A stretch of 64,000 nucleotides of DNA from Convolutriloba macropyga. Its lineage: Eukaryota. The translations under genes were made by a program, and so were the position numbers. Shown piece by piece: positions 50,914-64,000 of this stretch (positions are counted from its first letter, which is position 1; each line of letters starts with the position of its first letter). Where the stretch lies: positions 12,896,001 to 12,960,000 of the forward strand of contig NC_134470.1 of assembly GCF_964194025.1 (NCBI RefSeq), written 5' to 3'. A model generated the notes under the pieces. That model worked only from the letters and a program-made list of their open reading frames with translations. It ran no database searches and had not been told where the DNA came from.

Positions 50914-52873
50914 TTTTCAATAATCAAAAAGCTATTTTCTGTTAAAATCCTGACAGATTTTTATTTATGCTGGATTAATAAACAAAAACTGGTTATAAGT
51001 AAAGAAAGGCATATCAAGTTAACGAACTGTAGAGCAGGAAAATATATACCAAAGAGTGATGCAGCAACTTTAAAATGCTAGAATACCGATTTTTTAAACG
51101 AAATAAATGCGACATTTTTGCACCACATTACCAAGACAACTTGGATTAGTTTGTATTGTTTTTTACAGATGCAATTAGCTAATTGTAATTATAACTCAAC
51201 TGCTTGGAGGTTGACGTAGAAGGTATTGCTAAGAGTAATGAAAGTGATATATATTTGTAAGCTGCTGTTGCGTTGAACAAGAACAGATTTTTAAGTTAAT
51301 TGTCTAACATTTGAACGTATTTTCAAACAATGGCCGGTTGTTTCCGTTTGAAACGAAAAGGAAAAGTCATTAAATCTACAGACTCTTAAAGAAACAATAC
51401 TTCAGAAAACAATAGAGCTTTAAAATGCTTTAAAAATGATATATATGCTAAGAAACTAAGAAACAAAACATAATTAAAGAACGTTTGGGACCATTGAAGG
51501 CATATTTTCCATAGTACAATTTATTTCCTTTTTTGTTGTGATTCAAAATGATATTTTGGGAGTTCATTAAGGAATTAAGAGGAAGCGGCTGTTTTGTTTT
51601 AAACCACTCAGTACAAAATGGTAACTTAAGATAGTAATACAAAGTCAAAAGTGATTTTTTTGTTTAATACATTGGCAAAATTTTGAAAAGCGTTTTAAAA
51701 GTTATGACAGTCCAGGTTCCTCTTTGAGCATCTTTTTACTCAAATTTCCTCAAGTCAGCTGTTGCATTCGCAAAAAAAAAATTATTGAACTTTTCCAACC
51801 TCTTCAAGAATTTCAACTATTAATGAATGACTACCCTGAAATAGTTGAAGTTTTTTGTAATCTTGAGAAAGAACAACAAATCAGACAAAAATAATTTTCA
51901 TAAGCGCATCGAGACAATAGGTAGGATTTTCGATTTTTATATTATAATTATCTCGTCAAGTATCATTTTAATTTTCTTACAGATGGTTTAAACTAAAAAT
52001 TCGTTACTGAATCTGTGAAAACAAACGATCAGTATGACTTTGAACACAAGCTTTTAAACTGTTTTTGTCATACAATGACAATAAAAAATAACTTTACGAG
52101 CGCAGAAAATTTGAAATGAATATCCAGCTGTTTTAAAATTTTTTAAGAAAGCAATTGAACATTGCAAACTGGTACGAAATTGCCTATCCATTTCGTTACT
52201 GCCTATTCCGTTAATTATCAAATACTGCGCCCTGGTTTTTTTTGTAAAAGAGAAAGAACAAAGATAAGCACCTGACACACACTGCATTTCCAAATCAAAA
52301 AATGGTCGATTGCAATTTCAAGTTGAACTTTACAAGTTCTTAAGAGCGGCTTGTGTTTGTTGGGTGATGGGAGATTAGGCAAAAAATCGATAACTGGCAG
52401 CCATTAAGCGAATATGTTCAACTAACTTTGCGCGGAAATTTGGCGAAAACCAATCAAAACACTTCAATAGCCGCTTGACGCTACAAAGTACACCAATGTC
52501 TCTAAACAATTGTTTTAACATTAAAAAAGAGTAGATATAATGTATAATGCACCACTTTTTAGCTTTTCACATCCTTTTTACAACCTATGTTAAAATCTGA
52601 GAAGAGAATTTTTGTTAAAACTTACTGCGGAAAGAGTGAAGGGTTTATTTTTTCAGAAAATACTTTATTCTTAATATTATAGAGCTATGGTGGCGCGGGT
52701 AACTTCAAAAAAACTATTAGCATAATTGTGGGATATAAATTGAAGTGTCCCGTACCAAACTTCAAGTGTTAATCAATACTGAGCAATAGTAAATGCAAGT
52801 CTCCCATGTAGTATAATTTGCTCGCTTTCTCACTTGAAATTTGCTTCTTTCAAGCGTATTTTAACGGCGCAAC

Positions 52874-52947
52874 AGTCACAATGGAGCAGTAAGGAGAACA
52901 AACAGCTTGTGAGAGGGAGAGCATGGTTTCGATCCCTGTACGGAACT
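52874..52947 (+). other. tRNA-derived SINE-head-like segment
   Basis: tggagcagtaagg ... gtttcgatccc; 3' end resembles 29023-29095. Confidence 0.4.
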
Positions 52948-54155
52948 TTAGTTTTGCACTTGGCTTAGACTTGCCAAGTCTTGGCCAAGTCTGAAAAGTC
53001 TTAAATCTGTGATGATCATAGCTCTGAATCAGTACTGATATCGAGACTTTGAATTAGACTTGCCCAGTACTGATATTGACTTGGCGTTAAGTACGGGGTT
53101 GCAAATTTACAACATTAAAAACCCGTTTTCGGTGTTTTTGTAAGCTATTATCATGATAAGACCATTGTTAGAGAGACTTGAGTACTTTGTAGCGTCAAAC
53201 TTATTTTGAAGTATAGACTGCAAGTGTTTTATTTGGTGTTCGAATAATTTCCACTAAATGTTTGTGGAATATTTTTGCTAATGGCTTGCGAAATAGCTTC
53301 CCCTATCGAGTTTTTGCCTATTATCCTACACCCCGTTCATTGTCCAAAAATTATAGCTCTTTTGTCCGCCTTCATTAATGAAAGTTTTTCTTTATCTTTA
53401 TATATATTGGATTGGGTGAACACAGGAACACACTAATGAATACTTTTGCATCAGTGCATAAGTGGCCAATTCTGCAGCCTAACAAAATTGGGTAATTCAT
53501 TACAAATCACAGTTTTTCCTTTAAGTGCCAAGTTTGCTGGCTTTGTAAAATTTGCATAGGTAGACCGGCTGCTTAAAATTGCTTTTTGACATGGTTGAGA
53601 ACTTGTTCTTTACTTATTTTTGTCTTTTTTCAGGTCGTTTTGCTTGCTTGGAGCGTCATCTATTAGACTTTTTTGTGTTCTATGCACAGATTTTCTTGAG
53701 ATGTTCTTTCATTTACAACAACCTCGCAATTAAAACTTGGTTCACCTTAATGTATGCCAAAGCGAAATCAAATATGTCCAACTTTAAACAATTTTTGTTC
53801 GGGATTGATAATAAATTTGATATTTTAGCGAATTTTGGCCAGTCTTTTTACAGATCATTGACTCAATATTCGTTTTCTCTAGGATTTTGATTTGAAATTT
53901 TAGCCCAAGTTGCTCGCGCACCGAAGTCACATAAGAGCAGATCCAAATAGCGCCCGCATTGAGTTAGTTATTCACAAAACAAAAAAGGCCTGGATAGCCG
54001 TTCGCGAACGAAAAGACTTTATACCGGACAATAGTTTTGACAAAGTTTGATCAGGAAGCCATTTTGGCCACTCTAGTTGTCATTCCTATCTGGGTTCTGA
54101 AACTTAAAATCTTTATCAGCGATAAATCAGTGAATCTTAAATAAAATTTCCTTAC

Positions 54156-54453
54156 CTGCAACCTCCAGCCAATTGATTGCAACCTGCAACATTGCACCCC
54201 CAATGAGGGAAAAGGAGAACTGCATTAGACTTTCGTTGCAACTTTCCACCATTTTTGATCCAGCGATGGCTTTGACGAAAAACGTTGCCAAACACATGAA
54301 GAAAGTAGAAGACACTAGGGGACAGTAGCAAACTTCGAAATCTTTGTTGCGATTTGATTCGTTTTGGGCCAAAAGTGATATGAATAAACGCAAAGAGCGA
54401 TACGCACCAAAAAGACTGGCAGGTATGCAAAGAATTAACCACACATAGTGCAT
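54156..54453 (-). CDS. 7TM receptor-like protein, first exon variant B (TM1-TM3)
   Basis: ATG, 298 nt, gcag|gtaag donor; 10 of 99 aa differ from variant A, with many synonymous changes. Confidence 0.75.
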
Positions 54454-57400
54454 TTTAATTCCGAAGTTTCAGTTTTTTTCACTAATCACTTAACTGTCAG
54501 ATTTCTGAGCCAGGTTTTAATTTCAATAAAACAAAAAACGCGGCAAATTTTATTTGTAAATAACTATTCGGCTCCAACTTATTCAAGTAAAACGAAAATC
54601 GAATTCTTTGCTATAGATTTTTCTATTATAATAGTCTTTTCAATCGAAGTTAACGAAATGAAGATAATTATTTAGAGGAATGTGGTTATTTATTATTTCT
54701 CGGTGGCCAGCTTGGCTATCATTTTCTGATTTTGAAAAAGCCTCGAAACAATATTTGTCCGATATCATTAGACAATGTTAGCGTACGATTTAAAACAGCG
54801 CAGCATTAAAAATTGGAAGTTGATGAAAATTGTTTACAAAAAAGCGAAGCGTTTAAAATAATTGCATCGGATATTTAGGAAAACTGAGGGAATTACAAAC
54901 GATAATGAAAACGTTTCCACATTCAAGGAGAAATTATCTAACTCTTCACTAGAATAGAGAGAGAGAGAAAAAAAGAGTTTAGAATTGTGATAGCATTTAA
55001 GCCTTCTAAGCGAAGGAAATAGACATTTTCAGCTGTCAATTGCCTGATTATTTTTATTTGACAGAACAACAAAGACAGCAACTGAGAACCCCGATAAACA
55101 GCCCTGTCTCTCAAGGAAGTTGAAATATTAAAAGGAAGCATGCATTGATAGATATAATAATTTGGCATTTTCGGCATCGTTTTGTTCAAATATCCTTGGC
55201 ACGAATATTTGTGTTGCACAGGAGAACACTGATTAATTCTTTCTCCGATAGTCGAAACTAAAGGCTCTTTACAACTTCAAATTTGAGAAAATAATTCGAT
55301 CAATTATTGATTAAATTGACGAGGGTTACAAGTTTTTTCAGTAATCATAGTTCTAACTGTGTTTCAATCACCATCAGTTAAGAGAATATAACTTTGCGAG
55401 TTTTTGGAGTTGCTGATTAGAATATCCAAAACCATGGATATTTGTGGTGCCAACAAAAACCGATGGACTTTTATAGTCTTGGATATAGTTACCAAGAAAT
55501 CATAAACTAGAACCAACATTGCTTTTTCAAAGGGATAAGACAGTTATATGATGCTCGGTTAACCTTTTAATTTTTGTTTACTGCTAGTTTTTGTCATCTT
55601 TTTGAAATTTAATTTTTATGGTTTTACATGACACAATGAAAAAAATGGTCTTCGATAGTTAGTCCCTTAACGTTGCAATGCAAACAAAAGTTCGAAAAAC
55701 TCGACATAAAAAATGAACAACAAAATTTCTTTGACCTATGAAATATTCAATAGCGTTGCAACTTTCTGGGCCAAACTAAAAACGGATGCACAGATCCAGT
55801 GCAACTGAATTGAAAGTTTTCTTGTGGATTCACGATATAGTTACCTCCCAGAGTTTTAAAAGACAACCTAATGTGGTTTACAATGGTCGCCAACAAGTGA
55901 TTGGGTTGTCCTAAAACATAAAGACCCCAGTGATTCTGGAACTTTTATCATGTAAGATCTTATCTGGTTACACGATAACAAATTCTGCCCTACGTGAACT
56001 TTAGTCGTGTAAGATCTGATAAGATACTTATCAGGTTTTATACGATAATAATTCAATTTGCTGAATTGTTATATTATAAGATATTGCCGTATAACGCGGT
56101 CAATTTCTTATGAAAGCAAAAACAAACTGTCGAAACAAAAAACTATAAACAAATTGTATCGAAACAACTTGTTTATAATTTTTCGTTTCGGCAGATATGT
56201 TTTTTATCTTGTAAGAGTTTGTGGCACACAAAATTTTTTGTTGACCCGAGAGGATTTGGTAAATTTAAATGTACTTTATATACTTTTTGTAATGTTCAAT
56301 ATAGAAAACCCCAATCTATATTTAAAGTTTTTATGGAGGTTGTTAACATGATGTCAATTGGGCTTTAGGGTAACTGTAAGACGACTTGGGAGGAATCTCT
56401 CAAAAAGCAGTTTTTATAGCAGACAACGCAGCCTACTGAAGCTTGCCTTTTAATTATTTATGACCTCATATAAAAATTAAAATGAGGTAAACATGGGATT
56501 CATTGTAAAAACTCGACAATTTTGTTGAAAGTTTACCCACAGTACTCCAATTGTTGCATTTCAGGTCTTATGGTTTACCCATTTTTTCTTAGTTTCTAAC
56601 CGCCTGGAATATAACTCGGAAAATTGGCCGTTTTAAAAATAGAAATTCTCTTGCCTTAACCAACTGAGTGACATCCAGACCGCCATTGAATGCCCAAAAT
56701 AGGAATGCAAAATTTTAAGCCCTAGACAACTCATGCTTAATTCTAACACCCTGGACATTCAGTATCTACTCCTGCATTAGTGTATTGGTATAAGATACAT
56801 TTCATTTAGAAACTTGAGCTTGATCACTTCAGATTGAGAATAAAATCTTTGTTTCTCTCTTTCTCTCTCTGGTGCGATTTTTGCCCACAAAAAGACGTCG
56901 AATTACATTTCTGATACAGCGAAAGTTTTTTAAAAAAATTGAGGCAAGTTTCATTTATTATGTTCAAGAAAATTGGTATTGGTTTGTATCAAGAATGATG
57001 TTCTGAGAGAGGCAAAATGGAAACCTTGGAGAACTAGTTATTGTATTTTTGTCATAAGTTTTTTGCCGGCATTCAAAAAGTTTTTCAAACCCCTAGATTT
57101 CAGAAGGTGCCAAATTGGGAACCACTGAAACACTATGATCCTTCTTTATCCAAAAACAAAAAAAATGATGGTGCTAAAAATCTGGTTACTAGGGAACAAA
57201 TTATAGATATTAGGGTCTAACAATGTCTACAAAATTCTTTTTGCAATTGACATATATTTGACGCCTTTGCATACTCATTTCAACTCGCTTTTCTAGTGGA
57301 CGGTCTGAAAATGGTCTGTTTTATAAAACAGTGTTTTGATATGGAAAAATAACAAACTTTTCAGTTTTTTCACAGCAAAGTGCAAAATTTAAACCAAAAC

Positions 57401-60400
57401 AAAAACCGGAACAAAAAGAAATGGAACATTGAACAGCCTTTTTATTAACAACATATGAATTGTGGTTTTAATTGGCAATCCTGTCTTAAAAAGTTTTCAA
57501 TTCAGAAGTGCAAGAGTGTTGCTTACTTTTTCTGAACATGTTTCGGGGCTTTCCTTTATTAATAATTTTCTGCATCACTTAAAGATTTCACATCTATTTA
57601 TTTTCCTCTCTGAGATTATTGAGTAAAGTTGAATGGGAAAACAACTTTTTTCACATACAAATCATTTAAGAGTTCTGATAAAAAAAGCAGGGTGAGTCTG
57701 TCATATGACGTTTCCGTGTTGCTAAAAAAATTCAATCAAATAAAATTTCTTTTTTTTGGGAAACCAATTAAAACATAAAATGTTTGGTGATGATAAAGAT
57801 AAATTCTTTATCAAAGGAGAAAACAGAATTTGAACTTTAAAAGTTTTTGGCTTGTAATATGAAGATAAGAGAGTTGTAAACACTCTTGATATTTTTTATC
57901 AGAATTTTGTCACCGTAAGAAATATTTTATGATATCAAAATATATCAAAATTTTATGGGGCATAATATACTGCAATGTTATTAAAGGGTTTTTATAAGTG
58001 TCAACGTTTGTTTTTCAAAAAATTCGTCTGGTATCCAAACAACGAGTTAAGTATCAATTGTGCTATTCTAATTGAATATTTATTCTGAACGTACTGCTCA
58101 CTCAATCAGACTTAACATATAATTGATCTATTTGGTCAAAAAATTCCCCTGGAAATACAACCTCGAGGTTAGTTTCATACTTCTATTTTTTTCTAAGTTA
58201 TGCAAAAAGAAAAGCGCTGCTAAAATTTGTTGTCAAAAAACCGTTGAACAAATTATATAAGAAAATTGAAGTGAAAAGGATGACTTAAAATCAAAATCAA
58301 TCTGTCAAAAAATGAGTCATAACCTTTTTGGCATTTCAAGCAAAAAAAATGTTCAGATCCCTTATATACACCATTTTTACTTAAATGTCTACCAAGTGAG
58401 GAAGAAACAGAAAAAAAGCATATGCTGGTTGAAAATGTTTGGTAAATGAGGGGGAAAATGTATCAGAAGCAAACCCAAAAATGAGTTAAATAAAACCGCA
58501 TTGGAGATCCGATAAAAATGCCACTACTATGACTACGATACAAGGCAAAAACAAAGAGTAATTATTTTAAAACAAAACAAAAACATTCATTACGGTAAAT
58601 TTCGATGCCTATTTAAGAAAAACTAAAAAAGTCAAAATAGCATCATATATAATCCAAAATTTAAAAAATGAACTTCTACTTCACTTCAAAGCAGATCAGA
58701 CCTGTATTAAATTAAATCCGGAAACAGGTCGACAAAAAGAACAAAAATGAGCAAAGTCTGAGCAAACCCTTAACTTTCAACAAAAACTTCCAGATAGATT
58801 CTTCTGTAACAGATTAAGATGACAATGGAACCAGTCATTGTTGAAACAAAGAATTAAATTTTGCTGTCTTAGAAATCTGATGAGATCTGCCATTGATGAA
58901 GCTAGGAAAAGATAAACAAAAAAATCGATTAATAATAACAAATGTAAAATGCTGAATTTCGAAATATAATTTTTTTTTAAAAAAAAAATACAGTCAGAAA
59001 ATCAAAAAAGCAAGCAACAAGGCCAGAGAAAAGTCAAAATAGCGTCCGATAATGCATCAGATTAAATCCTAAAGAGCTATAGAACACAAATTACAAATTA
59101 GATTGAGGAAAATATATGAAACCGGTCCTTAACGAGACCAGGTTAAAAGTTAACAAGAGAGGAAGAAAAATAAAAAAAAGTTGAAAGTTTTTGAATGCGT
59201 TTCTAATACCGCCATAAGAAACATTGGAAACCTGTCATTATCCAAAACATGTCATGCGACTACTCAAAAACAATTACATACAAATATCAAAAATGCAAAT
59301 AATTTTTCGGGAAAAAATGATGTCGAAGCCGTTAATACAATAAACTATTTAATAAAATTTTATAAATACGTTATTGTTTTTGTCTTCAAAACCAACATAA
59401 ACCGTTATCAATGTGTAATGATACGAGAAAACAAAAAAAAGATTTTACAAAAGGAAAATAACCAGAAATCACAAATTTTTTATGAGCACTCGAAGTACCA
59501 GGGCCAAGAAACCGTTTTGGATTGGTAGGAAACTCAGTCCAGTTTGATATTAAAAAAACTGAGATAAGCTGATAGTCCTAAACAGGAATTGTTATGCAAT
59601 TGTAAGGATACAGCAGATATACAGTTGAAAAGCAATTTGCAAAAATCAAGTATCTGGACAGAGTTGGAACCGCTAAAACGAAATGGGCTTTGTAAAATTT
59701 TCATCGTAATAAAAATTTGGAGGGAAGCCGTTTTAAATAAAGTCGAAAATCAAAAAGTAAATTATATTTTGCAAGAAAATGTTTTTGAAGCCATTAAAGC
59801 CGTTCGTTTTTCACTGAAAACATTAAATTTTTTCAGTTCCGCTTTCTGTTGATGCCAATGGAAACTGTTGTCAATTATATGACAATGCCACAAAAAAACA
59901 ACTTCAAAATGGGCAAAAAACCAATAATCGAAGTTTGTTTTGAAAGTTCGTAAATTCCGAATTTTTTTGTATTGTCAATTTTACGCTGGACGAGCTTTCA
60001 TAGGACACAACGCACAGCCATCTACGATGAATATATCGGTCGGCCGAAACTGACTGAACAAAAAACCCATCTGAGCATATAGTTCCTCCCCAATTAAATT
60101 GGGTCGGGACGATAAAATTCCTGTGGGCAAGAATTTAATAGCTGTCAATCTTGCAAATAACCGATGGAATCCTGCTGTATAATAAGTCAAACAAAACCTG
60201 AAAAAAAACAATCTCGGAGAAACTGCTAAATCAGTTTTTGGCTAATGTCTAGGCACTATAGCCTTCAATATGGTCATTGATGAAAATACTTTAAACAATA
60301 AAAATCTAAGTGATACGATATTCTTCTCGCTTGCAATATTGTTTTGCAGATATATTCACAAGAAAAATACGTCCAAATATTGAGAGTTGACTGAAAAGAC

Positions 60401-60927
60401 ATCGAAAACCGGCTAACGTTGACACTTAGGGCCAAAAAATGACAAACTTTTCATTTACACCGGTCTGAACGTTGTTTTTGTGATTTTCATCTATAACTCC
60501 TTTCTGGACTTGTGAGAAAAGGACTAGACAAGTTTCCAGATTCAGGCAATCATCTTTGTCAGTAACAGTTCATTAGCGTTTATACCTCCTATGCCTTGAA
60601 CAGTTTTTGGTTCTAACTGTCTCCGACCGCAGGAACCACCTTTGTTGATCCACTTAGAACCATAGATCACAAGACACAAGATCACACAGGACTCAACACA
60701 CCTCAAACGTCAACAATAATTTGAAAAAAGTTACTCCACGTGAACTGAGCTATAGAGATAGATATTCATAATGGAATGAGTTTAACAAAAAATTTTACCT
60801 CGCTCTAATTTTTGTGCAATATGCTGGAAGAAGACATCGATTTGTTTCAATATATGTGACTCTCTTAGTCTATAATCATTATTGAACGTGTACATTATTA
60901 TACGCTTAATTCATTTTTTTTGTTTTT

Positions 60928-61815
60928 GACTAACCAATGTCTGAGAATCCAGTTGTACAGGGCAGCAAAAACATTCGGAAGATAAGTCTAAATAACGTTT
61001 GAACTGATAGTCCATTCAGCAACCACCTTGAAAAGTAGGTCACGTCACCTGAATGAAAACTGTCTGAACTTCAGATTCGTAGCTGTTTTCTTTTCGTGCA
61101 TTAAAATCTCTTAATGACTGCTGGCAGTAATGCCATATATTTCATTAACTAGGAACCTAAGTCGTCGGCCAACACGTAATTTTTATACATCCACTCTGAG
61201 AGTTTGATAAAAGTTGACCTCTTTTGAATCTCTGCTATGCCAACACTCAGGTGACTCTGTCGCACAGAAGATCGATCAACTAAAAATATCAAGTTTTAAA
61301 CTGATGAAGAAAGTGCTACTTTGATGCTAAGCTTTTTTCACTATTCCACTCTTGTACGCTGTCCAAAATTCGATTGTCTCAAATATTCTATTTTCCCAAT
61401 AAGGCTCGTAATGTCAATTATTCACAGATAGATAAAAGAAGTAAGAAAATAACGTGCACCTCAATAGGAAAATAGAACAATCTCAAGACGGTTTTTAACG
61501 GTAATTAAAATAAATTTAAAACAAAATCTATGTTCCATTTCTCAGTTGAACTAACCAATGTCTGAGAATCCAGTTTTCGACTAACCAATGTCTGAGAATC
61601 CAGTTGTACATGGCAGCAAAAACATTCGGAAGAAAAGTCTAAATAATGTTTGAACTGATAGTCCTCGTAATTTCAATTATTCACAAATAGATAAAAAGAA
61701 GTAAGAAAATAGCGTGCACCTCAATAGGAAAATAGAACAATCTCAAGACAGTTTTTAACGGTAATTAAAATAAATTTAAAACAAAATCTATGTTCCACTT
61801 CTCAATTGAACTAAC
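60928..61815. repeat. Complex local duplication (A-x-B-a-A-B)
   Basis: ctaaccaatgtctgagaatccagtt at ~60930, 61551 and 61581; ctcgtaat..tatgttcca block at ~61405 and ~61664. Confidence 0.8.
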
Positions 61816-64000
61816 TCAAAAAGGCTCACAATATTCCAAATTGTCTTGCACCTGCTGCTATCCAAACTGAATTTCACTAAAAAAAATTTTGGCCTCTCTG
61901 AATCCAAAATCTCATCTTTTGGCACTACAAAACTCTTTCTCGCCAAAAAAACAGCACTTTCTCCCTCTATCTCTCTCTCTCTCTTTCTTTTGCCTGTGAG
62001 GTGCAAAAATGACATTGCGTGTTTTTCTACGTGTGTCTCTTCAACCTGTAACCACCAACACGCTTTAATCTTAAGCAAACAAACCATGATCTACTATCTT
62101 CAAGTTGCAACTAGCATTCGAACCTGTCATATTCTGTAGGAGGATTCTTTTTACTATTCAAATAAATCATTGCAAAATTTTGCTCTGTCACTCAGCTGCT
62201 ACCAACCATTGTTCAACATTTTTCTTATCTTAAGTAAACAACTTTTGGACTCTTATGTAATCAAACAATATCGACTCTATCAAAAATATACACATGTCAT
62301 TTGTATTACTGTTTGCTCTGTACACATTGAACATTGCTTTGAAAAGTTTATATCGTTCTTTTTCCGCTCTCCAGCTGTAATTAATCTCTGTCAAAACCAT
62401 GAGTTAAACTATTAATTAAACTGTACTCCAGAACTGAGCAAAATTTTTATCCCTAAATTTAAAGCACTTCATGCAAATTCAGTAGTTAAAAACGCCCGGA
62501 GAACCAATTTTCCAGAAGTCCAAAGTTTGACCTCTAGGGGTAATGCAGTGTTCACCCGTCCAAAATGAGGGGATAAGTTGATAGAGAAAACCATTGTCGC
62601 GAAAAGTGTATCTGCAGTTGCGCTTATTCACAAGTTATAAGGAACTGACTCTTAAAAGGACACGAGCAGTGCACGCGCACATGTTTCGTGGGTGTTCCAC
62701 AGGGAACCCTTGTGTTTTAGGAGTAAAATTTACTTCTACTGAATTTTAACTGAATTGGAAATTATAAAACATAATTGATGAAAAATTGACTAGAAAACTG
62801 TGCCTTTTCACAATCTACTTTTCCAGTTTTTAGAGCTTTTTCAACCGGTAGTTTTCAATTATTCAAAATAAAACTACTGATAAGGATTTTTAAACATTAA
62901 CTAGTTTCACGGTTACTTTTTGAAATGAAAAACCGTGGCCTTGATGACACTGAAATAAGTAAAAGGAATGCAAAAAAAACATTAAAAAACTGATTCATGT
63001 TGGATGCACCGTTAACAATAGCTATATTGCATGTAAAGACGAGTGTTAGGGATATTTACAGCTTTATAACATTCAAGGGAATGGAATTTGAGGTACTCTG
63101 TTAAGTGTTTTATTCGTTTTCGCCTAATAGCAACCAAGTTTTAATTCAAGATTTCGTCTGATGGCTATAAAATTTCTGTTTGTCTGATAAATTTTTCGCC
63201 TTCTACCCCATCCCACAAACACATGCACACGACAGCGTATTCTTTTATTGCCCCTGAAGTGTCGTGTTTGGTTTTTATGAGGCCACTTTATAGAGTTTTA
63301 ACAACCAGTTGCGTGTCCTTGTGGTATGCAATCTTTTTATCACTTCGCAACAATAATTCAGTATTCAATATTCAGGTACAGGACACGCAACCCCAGCAGG
63401 AAATTCGAAATTAATTTGAAATAGACGTTCTGGCTTTCTGGAGTGTGACGTCACATCTGAGAGAGAAAGTAAAATTGTAGCCGAGTTTTGGCCCTCATTA
63501 GAAAAGACCCCCAAGAGGTCATGCAAATACAATAAACAAGTGCTTAAGATGTAAGAGGCCTGTGTAATGGAAATCCCTATCGACTTCTCAGCTTGAAGTC
63601 CCAGACGGAACAAATTACGTTCAGACCAAAAATGAACGCACGAGGAAGGCGTCGTGCGTTGAAAATTACTTAGAGTTGGAGCATCGAAAAACGCACAAAA
63701 GTCTGAATATAAAAACATGAAAGACTGGTCATGTCATGAACGCAGGAAAATCTGGACATGAAAGCACTACTTGTTTTCAGCCTTGTTAAAAAATCTATCA
63801 GATGACTTATAGCACTGTTACTCCAGAGTAGCCGCTCAAGTGATAGCCGTCAATGCTGAAAGCCGAAACTCACCTCAGTTCAAAATAAATATAACAAAAC
63901 GCCGAATGCAAAAAGAATCGCACCCAGTTTTTTTGCGTTGTGTTTACAACTTTTACTTCTAGTTTTTATAAAAAGTAGCTTAAGTTGAAAAAAACAAATT

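Overview
AT-rich, repeat-dense window of a eukaryotic genome, probably an invertebrate animal (GT-AG introns, a 200-N scaffold gap, no prokaryotic features). Four host genes lie on the minus strand: the first two coding exons of a PCMTD-family gene; an intronless type II PI 4-kinase only ~370 bp upstream of it; a 4-exon ~277-aa charged orphan gene whose last exon is tandemly duplicated; and a divergent ~263-aa 7TM receptor with two paralogous first exons but only one visible second exon. The 5.7-21.4 kb block holds two decayed CR1/L2-like LINEs of different families that share an unusual layout: a stand-alone SGNH-esterase-like ORF0, a PHD-finger ORF1, an in-frame UGA-CUA junction (a known readthrough signal) into APE-RT ORF2, and a C-terminal Cys cluster. 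One LINE is interrupted by a Penelope-like GIY-YIG fragment with an 8-bp TSD and a hammerhead-like motif. The other has its 5' end amplified as a 4 x ~1.2 kb array. The rest is largely CCC...GGG-terminated foldback MITEs, minisatellites and local duplications. All calls were made by eye; no database searches or alignments were run.
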